A stretch of 64,000 nt of DNA from Raillietiella orientalis. Its lineage: Eukaryota. The notes below the pieces were generated by a model. The model was not told the origin of the DNA. It made no database searches and saw only the letters and a program-made list of their open reading frames with translations. Below are positions 24,601 through 36,600 of the stretch, in pieces. The position numbers and the translations under genes are program-made. Each line of letters opens with the position of its first letter. Position 1 is the first letter of the stretch. The stretch spans positions 1,054,001 to 1,118,000 of the forward strand of contig JAYWIR010000032.1 of assembly GCA_036172245.1 (NCBI GenBank), written 5' to 3'.

Positions 24601-24770
24601 ACTAAGAATGGCTGGGAGGAGGGAAGAGGAGGGAAACAAGGAGAGTCGGTCGAAATCGAAACGCGGGATGCATCCTTCGAAGAGGGAGCAGAAGTCGCGA
24701 CAGCTGGCAGGGACGGCAAGGTGGAACCGCGCCCCATCTCCGCACAGCATCCTCGCCACGGGACCAACTA
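21690..24770 (+). pseudogene. Decayed LRR-coding block(s)
   Basis: QDIHERT..EQVKDT; RSLARSSNKLAISRERAFREVPK; KIPSLGSPAAFS; RSLGRGEFF; LHLPGNP; RLGNRFQEFGEEEW; RSLIFFHKQTHVPGETAL. Confidence 0.7.
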
Positions 24771-24789
24771 CTTTTTTTTTGTGTGTGTG

Positions 24790-25500
24790 TCCCGCGTCGG
24801 CGCCTCGTTCGGTTGCGGTCCCTGCGCGTGGTGCAGAGCGTCACGGGGTCAAAATTCCCACGTGGAGGATCGATGCTGTGAAATAGGGAGTGCGTCGCGA
24901 GTTTCGAGCCCCCTTCCTCCCCCACCGCAGGGTGGCACTGGCTCGCCTATTTGGGTGCTGCACTGGCGGAGGCCGAAAGACGGATACCTCGTCGACTGGC
25001 CGGGACTGGAAGACGACCTTCTGGGTTCCTTCCAGGAATAAAGGAGTCGCGGTTCCCTTTGGGGCTTTCCGATTGTGAGAATGGAGCCGCCTACCATGGA
25101 GCTGGCCGATGCCCTCTTCGGGGGATCACCTCTTCGCGTCTCCAGAATGTTAAAAAATAGCGCTGCTGCCTTCGTGGAGGCCCCCACCCACTGAAGTTCG
25201 GAAGCGTTTCTTCGGGGTTTTCTTCAGAGGAGGAAGCAAGGGGTTCCCTTGTGGTGTTCCCTTCGAAGAAGAAACGAGGAATGTCTCCCTCCACGATATC
25301 CCTCCGGAGAGAACGAGGAAGAGGTTCCCTTCAGGGTTCCCTTCGTAGACAAACAAAGCAGAGATGCCCTTCGGGATACCCTTCCAAGCGTGAGAGGAAC
25401 CGACTCCTTCCTCCGGATACCTCCTGGTTTCATAGAGTGATGTTGCTGCTGCCTAACTGGAAAGCCACACGCAGCTTCGGGCGGCGTGGACAGTGTCAAC
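24790..25500 (+). mobile_element. Long tRNA-derived SINE, copy 3
   Basis: Head CCCGCGTCG.., degraded B-box GGGTCAAAATTCC, and body blocks collinear with 62907-63725 (CCTTCTGGG.TCCTTCCAGGAAT; CAAGCGTGAGAGGAAC). Confidence 0.8.
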
Positions 25501-28320
25501 GCGTTTGCGTGCACAGGCAACTGGAAAGATGGGTCAAAGATTTCGGGAGCTCCAGTGAACGCAAGGACACGGTGCACCATGGGGTGCGTCTCTGCGCCGC
25601 GCTTCAGCAAGGTTGCAGGAACCAGAAGCCTTCGCGAGTCTCTGTAGCCGGAACTCTTCTCGGAAGGAAAGATGAGGAATCCTAGTGGTCCGTCCGCGGT
25701 CCTTAGGCGGAAGGAATCACGAGGAGCGTCCCGACACCGGCTGCCTCAAGACCGTTCGCGGCGTAAGAAAAATCCGACAGCCTCCCCACGTTGCGCAGCA
25801 ACAAGGCACCCTTGTGCGCGTGGACCAAGCGTCATCAAGGCGTCTTTCCAGGACTCCCCCGGCATGGAAAGGAATTTCGCGCCGCAGCGGGAAGGGAATT
25901 CGGCGCTGTGGGAACTTTCCCGATCTCACGCCTGAACCGAGGTCCTCCGGCGCAAAGTGCTCACGCTTGGGTACAAATCCACGCTGTTGGCACGGACGCA
26001 CATGATCTCCTTGCAGAGCGGTTGCCCCGGGAACGCTTCGGCAGTCAAGAAACCACCGAGGCTACTTGCTCTTCACCTGCGATTGATCCCTTAGTATTCT
26101 TCCGAGAACACTTGGTGTTCATTTTTCACATTTCGACCCTGCACCCAACGGGAAGTCGGCCCATTGGAATTTCGGGTCAGGAACCGCTTATCGAACAAAA
26201 ATCCTCAGCTCCGCAGATGCAGGCGTCGATCCTTGAGGATCTGTTCTTACTTCCTTTTTTTTCTTCGGTCGCGTTTCCTCCCCCGTGCATGCTATCAGCT
26301 ACGGTTTTATCCCACTGCAGGTCGCACGGTGAGGGACCGTAGCTGAAATGGTGGTGGGTAGCGGCCGTCTCCGCGAACAACCGAAGAGTAAAAGAGGCGT
26401 GGCGAAGCGCGTTGCACTTTTTCGATTCCGTTTGCCTTGAGGTTTTCACCAAGAGAGCCAGTGAGGAGGCACGGTCGCCCTAACGACCGTTTCACGGGGG
26501 GGGGAAGGTGGAACTCTTCGAGTGCTTGGTTAGGTTTCGGGGGTCGTTCCTCTAAAGCGGAAGGAGCGAAATCGCCGAGCGTCCGGCAAAGCGGTGGCGG
26601 GTTCCTTGCTGGCCAGAGCTCGGGAGATGCAGCAGGACGCGGGGTGGAAGGGGGGAGGAAGGGACGCCGGATGCAGTTTGCGCAAAGCGATCGAATAAAC
26701 TTTGCCGACCCAACTGCCAAAGAGGAAACAAATCGCACGGTTAGCAGGGCACAATAAATTGTAGTATGTGCGTGATGGAAGGCACAAAGCATTACTTACT
26801 CCAGTGGGGTGCAGCAGCGGCGAAATGCCGAATGTTTTCACCCACTCGTCCGAATTCATCTGGAGAGAACTCGGAGGGGCGCGCATAAGAACCCGTGTTC
26901 TCCTCACTCCGCTCCCAGATGAATGCAACTTTTATTAAAAGGAAAGGAAGAGGAGAGGCGGGGAATTCATTTTTGAAATCTTCGGCCCAGAAGTTCCTAC
27001 AGAGCTTGCGGCTGTCAAAACTCCACTGCATCCCCTTGCCGAAACGCGCTGGCACATTTTAGTTGAAATATTTTGACTTTTTAATTGGGAATTTTCTGGA
27101 GGAAGAGGCTTTGTGCCTTGAAAGCGATCATAAAGCAGAGGCAGTAAATCACCCTCCTTACCCCACGGCGAGCACCACTTTGTAGGGAAGCGAAACAAAG
27201 GATGGAACACACACAAGCTTACATCATCATCACGCGTCTGGTGAAAGCGCTGGGGAACCATCGGCGCTCCAGGAAAGGGTCCTGCCGTTCACAGGGGGCG
27301 GGAACCGGAGGTCGGTCTTTTCTTGCAACCGTCCCAGCCGTAATCGGATCGGTTTCCGAAAGAATCGAGGCTGCAGCTGGGTCCCTGAGACGAAAAAGCC
27401 ATCTTCGGGAGTGCCGTCCTTCCTTGAGGATGGGTTCTACTTGCTGGTGGCCTCGACACAGACCTCTGCCCACTATGCTCATTGAAGACGAGCCTTGTGC
27501 GAAGGTTAAACTTCGCATCCGAGATAACGGATCGGGAAATCATTGGCAGCTTCCTTTCCAGATGCTCCCTTAAGAGCGAACCTCCACAGCGGAAGAAAAC
27601 CACTCACGCTTGGATCGAAGGAAACCTTAGGCTGTATCAGAGACGACGGTCTCATTTCTGCTTATGATCACAACTTCAAAGTGAGTACTGTTTGCATTCT
27701 GGGCTCTCACATCTGAAGAGTCTATTATTGGATTCCTCCTCAGCTCTTCTACACGCTCAACATTCGTCAATTAACGTCTCAAGGGCTCCTGCTTCTTGTC
27801 CGTGCGCATGGCAGTTGCGCGGTAGCGCCCACTGCGTACGTTCCAAAAGAGTAGCCAACGACCTGCTAAAAGTAAAGGCAGGAACGCAGCATCTCCCAGC
27901 TTCAGGCGTGCCACATCTCTCGAACTTTCCCGTTAAACTCGCATTACATCGCCTGGGCACAGATTCGATTGAGGTACTCTCCAAAGACGGCGTGCCGAGG
28001 CGTTACCAAGTCGAAGATCGGCACATTCGTTTGGAGCAGAGGTGAGGGACTAGGCGTTTCCCACAAAACCGCGATCGGGTCAAGCTTGACCCATGAGCTC
28101 GCTGCCGCGTGCTCATGGACCGCAGCGAGCGTGCCACCAACTCTAAGCAGCCTTCGCGGGTTCGGCAAACATCCTGGTTTTCGCCCCTGGTGACCTTTAG
28201 CTAACTCTTTTCGACGAATGGGACTCCGATGAATGAATCCTGCTCGTGGTGCTTTTTCCAAAGCCACATTTCTACATCCCTCCGCTCTTTGGACGTTCTG
28301 ACACTCAGAACTTAGGGTCC
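25500..28320 (+). pseudogene. Decayed LRR-coding block
   Basis: VIKASFQDSPGMER; AIDPLVF; LSATVLSHCRS; FLQSLRLSKLHCIPL; SGLSHLKSLLLDS; LGTDSIEVLSKDG; SVPPTLSSLR. Confidence 0.7.
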
Positions 28321-28399
28321 AAAAATAATTTAAACAGGAGCCGAGGCATTTTTTTTTTTTTTTTAAAAAAAAGTACGGTCTCTAGGTAAACGTCTCTTT

Positions 28400-31300
28400 G
28401 AAGCCTCCCACTCAACAGTTTGAAATCCTAGGGCCACTGTGGTTTGCAATGAAACGCTAGAATGATCTCTCTGTTAAGGAAGTCCCAAGTGCTCCCTGCG
28501 TTTCCAGAAGGAAATACTCTTTTTCTTCCCAAGATGTTCATTTCCTTTGAATCGTTTCCGAAGAAAATCCAATAAACTGGGGCACTAACTCAGCGGAAAA
28601 CTCCCTAGAACAAATTTTTAAACAATAACTTGGGGACACACGTCTTGCGTTCTCCGAAGTGGAAATTCTTAATGGGCGAAAAACATTTTTATTTATGGGC
28701 ATTAGGAAAATGGCTTCTTGAACAACATGGGAACGCTTGGTTAACTCGGGAAAAAAAAGTGCTTCCAAAAAGTATTCGCAGTTTCCAAGATGCTTTTCTT
28801 CGATGGGTTCCAAAGTTTCTTTCGTGGATGCGTCGGTCGAGCGTGTCGCATCTTCATCTCGAGAAACCGCGCGCAATCCTCTAAAGCGCGTTCTTTCCTT
28901 GAAGCTCTTACGTGGCGGAGACGTCCGCCATAACCTCCCAACCTGGGAGGAAGCGCGACCCGCGTCGGAGGACTCGGGTAGTCCGGTCATGCCCTGCTGG
29001 CGTCGCTTCTGGGCTCTCGCATCAGAAGCACGCAACGTTCACTTCAGCAACGTTCAGCATCTTTGCACTGCCCTTTGCGCGGTTTCTCTTCCTCGAGAAT
29101 TTCGATCTCTCCTTCAGCTTCGGTGCACTGCGCAGCAAATGGCGAGAAGCGGACGGCACGCCTTCAGCGTGTTGCACGGGAAGCGCAGCACTCGGTTCGT
29201 GTCCGTTGAGAGCCGAAGAGTGAGAGCAGCTCGTTACCCAACGGCCTCGAAATGAAAGAAGACCCCCCTCTCGGCCATAACCGAACACCACCCACCGCTC
29301 CAACGGGAAAGGAAAGCCGTGCGGATGCACAGCTGGTCCTTTTTTGATACTGTGTGTGTGCCGTGTGCGAGCAGACGCTCTTTAAAGATTCGAGGCTTAA
29401 AGATTCGTGACCTTGAAGAGCTGTAGCCTTGACGATTTATGCAACCAGAACGCAGCCGGGTGCTCCAGGTTGGATCAAGCAGCTTCCTCCGGTCTCGCGT
29501 TCAGCTTTCACGAGGAACTTGTTACCACGAAGTGTCATCGGTGTGTTTCATCTTACTACGAAAACAGTAGGGAATCATAAAACAGCCCTATAATTAAAGA
29601 CTTTATGAGAGACCACCAGGGTTTGCGCTCGCAACGAGGGAGTTACTTTCTCTAGCAACGAGAGCAGACTCTCGCAGGATTTCTCGGGAGCGCATCCCAT
29701 ATTTTAGGGGACAGAGCAGGACCGAGCATGAAAATCGGGAAGAGTAACAGATAAGACACGGCATCCAAAGCCATCACGCCAGCTCCCCTTGGCTCCATCC
29801 CGTCTTTGAAGTCCGCAAGCACTCAGATGCTGGAGCCTTGAACAAGTTGTATCTCCTCGGGACGGGAGAGAGCCGACTGCCTGTGAGAATGAGTTTCATC
29901 ATTGTTCCTATTTGGAAAATCCGACCCTTCCGTGGGATCTGGAAGCGATCCTGGATCATGTGATGTCCTTGGGTTGCACTGCCGCTCCTCACTGGGAAGA
30001 AGATAGCGGAAGCCATCAAGAAATCGTAAATGTGGAATTCTATAGAGCATCAGGAAGCTTCAATTAATTTGCTTTTAAGGACTTGATAAACTCTTGTAAA
30101 GTGAATTCCAGAACTTCGCCTTCTGCTCCAGCACCGTTTAAACAAATGATGCAGATGCCTTGTCAAGATGTCCTTAGTATGCCGTTGCAGCGACGTGAGC
30201 TTTGAAGTTTCTAGAATGCTCAGACGATATAATTCACCATCCATGAGGAGTGCTGATCGTTCTATCTGATCGATGGGGATGTAATCAGTGCATTCCTTCC
30301 CAATGATTCACTTGGCACCGACACAGTTTCCTCGTACGGATCTGTTGAGCAGGAGATCTGAGAAAATCTTCCGAACCAAACGGCGAAAATATTCGTCATT
30401 GAAATTTCCCGCGATACATAAAAGACGTAAGGGCAGCTGTACAACTAGTGATTCAGAAGGGATCGCGACAAATTCAGAAGACTTCAGCCGGAGGTGTTTT
30501 TGGAAGGTCAAGGCACGAACTCTGAAAGTGCCAGAATTTCCTGCGAGGTTCAGCGAGTGCCACGACGGGAAGCGTCGTCTTCAGGAAAGGGGGCATTGAC
30601 ATGCGAGTTGAACGCAATCTTCCGAGTCCTGGGGGAAGCGTGGACCAAGTGAGCATTCCGAGGGGTCACCCAGGGAATTCCCCTTCGCAGGAGCGGAGTG
30701 GGTTCGTTTTCTCGTTGGTGCGCGGCCTACCCGACGGGAGCGATCCGCCCTTTGTGGCCATCGGAGGATTCCGCCTCCCGAACTTCCGCATTTCCCCGCA
30801 GACCTCCTCCGTAGCAGGCACGCCCAGCTTCCTCGAGGAGACGGATCTTTCTGTTTATTCGCGTATCCTTCGCTCTTCCGAATGACTTTTCGTGTCCGCT
30901 AAAATTCCGGAATCCCTCTATTTGCCGACTGGTCAAAACTCGGAAAACGCGGTTCGCAGCCCGAAATTTTTCTGCGAGCATCCTCGGCACAATTTGCCGA
31001 AGGAATCGAAAAGTGCAGCGTGATTTAAGAGACCGCGGTCTCTCGGCAACGCCTTGAAAAATTTCCGCAGAAGAGACCGCGGAAAACAAATATTTGCTTT
31101 CAAGGATTGCGAATTCGGTTGCATCCTCGGCGCCTCTTGCGTTGGCAGCCCTGCCTTCAGCAATGGGGCCAGCCCTATTGCCGCAAAGGAGATGCCTGAT
31201 GAACCGCAGCCGCACACTGCGCTCCTTTCTAGCCCATTTATTAATTTCGAAACTCTCCACTCGTTTTCCACTGAAGAAGATTTAGCTTGGCTGAATGTCT

Positions 31301-33060
31301 GCTGGCATCTTTTAATTAGGCGAAATCATGACTGAGTGTTGCAATAACATGACGTTTATAGTCAATAAGCTTCATGCATCCCTGATTTAATTAAATTTCC
31401 TCCAGCGAACTAAATGATGTTGAAGCAGCAAACAAGGAATCCATTCAAAGGACGTTAATTGAATGGACCGGGACATCGACTATCGTGTTTCAAAACTAAC
31501 AGCGAAAAGAAGAAGAGTGCCACTGCCCCTCCACAGCTGATGGAAAAATCGCAGGATGAATCCAGCCATATTCGATAAGCTATTAGCTGAAAATTAAGGC
31601 ATCTGCTGGGGCTGTACCAGCCGAAGACAAACGACTTTCGAGGAAAAGGAAGAAAAAAAAGCGGCCCTGGGAGCATCGGGAAGATCTCGATTTCTTCACC
31701 TTGAACTTCAGGATTCGGGAATCCTTGGAAGCTACAAACGGTAGTTCGAAACCTCCATTCCACCGACCGTAACTGCTGATGGGTTATCCCGAAACACTCC
31801 CCTTCGGGGAATTTTGCCTAGCGATCTCCCTGCCCCAAGGAAACGCGCCCTTCTTAGCACCGAGGGCAGCCGAGAAAGCGCGGCTAAAGATTCCCAGGAA
31901 CATTAATCGAAACAAGTGGGTCGCCCACTAAGAAGAGGAAGCCGTAATGGATGATGCTCCGGGATTATGCCACACCAGATATATCCGTGGGTGAATCCCT
32001 CCTCACGGAACTATCCCGATCACAGGCTTGAAAAATCCTAAAATGATCTTTTGAAACAATTTAAGGCGCGTGATCGAGCGAAGTTTAGCTTTTCGCCCAG
32101 CCAGTTCTGTCACTGATTGAATCGAATGACTTGTAGGTGAGGGCACTCTTCCTGGAAGCGCGCTCAAGCCTGAAAATAGACTTGAAAGGGCCGAGATCCG
32201 CAGCCAGCAGTAATTGAGATTCCTTCCGCACTTTCGGGACCTCCGTCTTTCTACTACACCCTGCATGCTGGATGAGAAAAATCTTTCTTCCCGTGTCGCA
32301 GAGTCCATCCAGCAGACTCCAGGACGACGAGCTTGCCGCGGAAGATGGAATTCGCGGAGCAGCCCAGAAGGAAGATCCTCAAGAAGAAGCGAGCCAGACA
32401 TCAGCCCCAGGCAAAAGCCACGAGGAGGGGAGGGGGAGGGAAGAGGGATTTTACCTTTAGAACCTCGGTTCGAGTGCAAGGGCATCTTAGTCTAGCCACG
32501 AACACCACTGGACATTCCAGGGAGTCGTAGAGTAAAATCCCCTCGAGCGACTTTGTTGCCAACTAGCATCACCGCGCAGAGCCTGAAGAACACATGGTGG
32601 TGGACCCATGACTTTAAGATGACCGAAACCAGAGTGCTTCGGAGTTTTCGTGTCGGACGCGGAAGGAAGGCTTCGAAATTCCTGCGTCTTAAGGAGCAGG
32701 TGCTCCGAACATGCGTCCAGATCTGCCACACTGCCTGCGCAGCGGTGGACCTCACGGTCGCGGTAACGAACAAGTATCTTCGGGCACACAGGCCATCTAG
32801 CTGGGGCGTTTGTCCCAGCGAGATGGAGGCTGCAAAGTCGTCGATGGCTACTGCGGTCTCCGGAGCTCCGCTGCGCTCTCGCGGTGGTGACACAAGATCG
32901 CCATCCAGGAAACTCGCTCCCGGAAATCAGAATAAAAAGAGGCCAGGTGGGCCGGACCGAAGACTCAAGATAAGCGTCTGCCCTGGAGGAGGCTTACTGA
33001 GGCAACGGATTATTAGAACGAGATCATTTCTGAAACCGAAGCTGCGCGTCCTTATGTGAT
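28400..33060 (-). pseudogene. Long, AT-richer decayed chaoptin-like LRR block
   Basis: EHLLLKTQEFRSLPSAS; NLNYCWLRISALSSLFSGLSAL..AKLRSITRLKLFQ; WESLAALSRL; SFQGFPNPEV; EIFQGVAERPRSL; KHLRLKSSEFVAIPSESLVVQLPLRLLCIAGN; IDQIERSALLMDGELYRLSILETSKLTSL; KLPDAL/YRIPHLRFLDG; MKLILTGSRLSPVP; LEPIEEKHLGNCEYFLEAL..PINKNVFRPL. Confidence 0.8.
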
Positions 33061-33660
33061 ATGGAACGGAACTTTGCCTACTTTTCCCGAACGCAACCAA
33101 AGACTTCGCTTCCGGTTTCCGTCTCTGGTGAGGTCATGGGTCCGCTACCGTGTGTGTTCTTCAGGCTCTGTGCGGTGATTTGCTAGTTGGTAGCAAATTC
33201 GCTCGAGGGGATTTTACTCTACGACTTCTGGAATGTCAACTGGAGGGGAGCTTCCACTCCTTGATTCCTGGAAGGACCTGGTGAGCCGGCTCCCCAATCC
33301 CCGCCACTCATCGGGGGCATCCGGTTTGAATCGCTACTAGTGCCGCACCCAAATGAAGGTCAAGCATCGTCATCTCGCGGAAGGAACTCGGAACCCGCGA
33401 CGCATCCCATCTCTCGGCGTCGATTCTTCCTGGGTGGGATTCGAACCTGCGACGCGAGGAGACCGCAACCACCCACACGGCCTGCGACGCGGGCTAAACT
33501 GAGATGTCCTTACACTCGGGATGAGCTTCTAAAGGTAAAATTCCTCTTCCCTCCCTCTCCCCTCCTCGTGGCTTTTCCCTATGGCTGATGTCTGCTTCAC
33601 TTCTTGAGGATCCTCCTTCTGCCCTGATCCCAGAATTCCATCTTCTCGAAATTGCTCGCA
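32328..33660. repeat. Older diverged inverted repeat (left arm 32328-32680; right arm 33075-33660, split by a SINE fragment)
   Basis: GTCGTAGAGTAAAATCCCCTCGAGCGA, CAGAGCCTGAAGAACAC, GATCCTCAAGAAG and TTTTACCTTTAGAA each occur as reverse complements in the two arms, with many mismatches between them. Confidence 0.9.
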
Positions 33661-36600
33661 GAATCCGCAGGGGGGAATGCAAACCGCGGTGGAACCACGG
33701 TCTTCCTATGCTCGAGACCGGGAGCCCGTGCCACACGCGTCACGTGAAAATGTGGATCGCGGGAAGAGACGGGATGCGTCCATCTTCCAACGAGGTTCGA
33801 GTGGCGCTTCCACTTATGCAAATGAAACCGGACGAGGCGTTCCATCCGGGTCTTTTTCGAGATGCTGCGTCGAGCGGCCCTCCGTTCCCAAGCACGGGTC
33901 GGACGACCCCTCTCGGACCGGTTGCGACCCATCGCATCGAGGCGATCCTACCGCTCGGGGTGGCGTCCGGCACGCGGGCTCCAGAATTTTCTCGCTTTCC
34001 GGTGTTCGTCCCGGAAGCGCTCCTTGGCGCGCGCCACCCCTGTCGCATGGGACGGAAAGCTTTCCACCGGCTGCGAGCAGCAGCCGCCTCCTGACCTATG
34101 ACAGAAACTGGGAGAGCAAGAAGCTCAGGAGCGCTCCCTTGGGAGCGCCTGCTGATGGAAGGATGCCTGAAGATGCCTGCCGCACGCGCATCCCCGTTCC
34201 CGGAATCGGAGGCTGCATGAGTTTTCGCCTTCCGGGTTCCCCGAAACCCAGCTTCAGATAGGAGGAAGGGGATGAAGAGGGATGAAGAGTCGCTGGTCTT
34301 TCAGTTTCGGCGTCGCAAGTGAACGAGGCGGACTTTTTGCCTTCCACAGAGACCTGGGGAAAGGGGACCTTGAAGGAACCGCGTCGTTCGAGAGCCCCTC
34401 CCTCCCAGCTCGAGCGAGTTGTCCCAAGGAATGGATTTCAGGAGACGGCCGGGATTCGGGTTGTCAAGAAAGCATCCTGTTCTAAGGGCTCTCTAGGGAA
34501 TTGGCGTGAGACGCACTCGGTGGCCGGGCGCACGCTGACCGCACGTTTCGCTCCGGAGCAAGGCGGACGCGTCCTGCAGCCGAAGCTAAACTGTCGGCGG
34601 GGAGGGGCAGATTGTGCCCGCTCCCGAAAGTCATCCGGAGGTTCTTGCCTGCTGCAGGACTGAGAGGTTGCACTGTAAGCGAGTGGATCCATGAAAGAAT
34701 GTTTTCCTCTCTCGCCCGCAGCCAGTGCTATGTGGCCGCAGCGTTGACCGCTGGTCTTAGCGTTTCGTGGTCGGGGGGCGGACATTTCCGCTCCGGTGCA
34801 GGGAGACCATGGCGTTCCTTCCTCCTCCGAAGCACTCGAATCGAGGGAAAGCCGCGCACCGCGTCCTGTGCGTTCCAGACAGCTGCGCATCGCGGATTCC
34901 ACCTGAGACCGATCCTCGTCACGCGCTGCTCGTTGTCTGGACGGCCCCTGAAAAAAGCGCGTGTGGAAGGCACTCGATCTGTCAAGAGTCCTCGGACCGT
35001 ATTCTCGGCCGGTGAATGCTCAGCTTCAGCTCATCTCCAGGAGACGCGACCTTTCCGGCCAGCCTGACCCCGCAAGATCAGGAGGCGAGGCGCGGGAAAG
35101 AGGGGAGAGACGCCCGAGAGAGCACCCGACAGCGGCACCGGCAGAGAAAGGACGCACCGAGGTCAGGCGACCGTCCCTCCGCTGGTAGGGAAGCGCCTGA
35201 TGCCCTCTCCTTCTTGCCAGAGGACAGAACCCGTCCTTGGTCCTCTCCCTTCCCTGCCGGAGTCAGAGGTCTGTATCCCTGTGGCACGAAGAAGAAGAGC
35301 AGCGGGGTACTCGCGGCGGAGACTGGAGACTGTCCGACAGCCAGAAGCTAAAGACGTGGGGAGGAGGGTGGCGACCCTGCATCGGACGTGTGGAATAGCC
35401 CGGGGATGGGGCCGTGCGCTCCCCCGGGTCGTCGTCGCTGGCTAGGACGAACCTCTGACGGCATCCCCCAGAAGGACAAACTCTGACGGCAGGACTCGGG
35501 CGGTGGGCTCAGGCAACGCCCCCTGCTGGAGTCCACTGCGCGAATTTTTTCTCACCAGTCCGCGCACGTGCGAGCGAGCGACGGTGGAAGGGGCGTCGGC
35601 GGTCACCGTCACCATGGAGCGACCCTCCAGGCCTCCAGACCGGACGGTGGCAGAAGCTGCGAAAAATCCCTTCCGGACGTCCGCTGCGAGCAGTGTTTAA
35701 GACGTGAGCTGAGATCGACGGTGGGGATGGCTGGGGGGTGGTCAGCCAAGTGCTAAGGGAGGGATTTTCGGAGCGCTCCCCGCACACAGGAAGGATCTTC
35801 CCCCCAACGGGAGAATGTTACAGAGATTCCGGAACTCGTGGAGGCAAACCGAATAGATGATCTAAGGTGGTTCGAGAGTGCGAGTGGGCGGGAAGATCCC
35901 TGAGTCTGGGCATTGTCGAATGGACGGAGATCCCACCCATCTTGAGGATGCTTCGAACTTCCATTCGCGGGATCGTGAAGACGAGAACAAGGAGGAGGGA
36001 AGAAGAATGCGGAATCGAGGTCCAGAGAAACCTGAGGACGTCTCCTCGTCTCCAGGAGTGGGATCGACTCCCTCATCGCAAAGGGGAACGAGTTGCAAAA
36101 GGTTCCCGCCCTCCTCCCCCTTCTCCAAAGACCAAAGCCTTAGGGAAGTCACGTCTTGGGGACGGATGAGGCCCGATAGCGGTGAAAAAGTGGACAGCGC
36201 CCCACTAGAGTGGTGGCAGGGTAGGGGCGAACCCACCGCCGGACGATCGCGCGCCCGTTCGCGGAGCGGCGCGCATCGGGAAGGGAAGCGGTGAGTGGAG
36301 CACTCCTGTTGGAACCCGTCCCGGGGCAGACATCACAGAACGCGGGAAGTGAGTGTCGTCGCCGCGGGAAGGGGGACGTTGGTGTGTGTGTGTGTGTGTT
36401 TTTTTTTTTTTCAGGAAAGGAAGAGGGAGCGATGAGCGCTGTTGGGACGCAAAGATAAGGAGCGCGGAAAGCAGGGCATTTGGGAGCCAGGAGCATTATA
36501 TGAGATCAAGGAGGATTGCGAATCAATCATCTCTTTCGGCGAGTCATCAAGGGGGAAATCTTCCTCGGCTTGTGGAGGCTGCTCGGAGGAAAGCCCTTCC

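Noticed and set aside
26950..27210. THAP-like motifs on the minus strand (LFRFP, RKLCRNFWAEDF; also FSVPKD near 19050)
   Set aside because: Motif order and C2CH spacing are wrong, and the opposite strand fits LRR better.
27562..28041. Nested plus-strand spliced gene with a PH-like peptide (..LY-DDGLISAYDHNFK|LFYTLNIRQL) and a 63-nt GT-AG intron
   Set aside because: It needs a frameshift or a broken upstream donor, and the putative intron itself encodes a good LRR piece (SGLSHLKSLLLDS).
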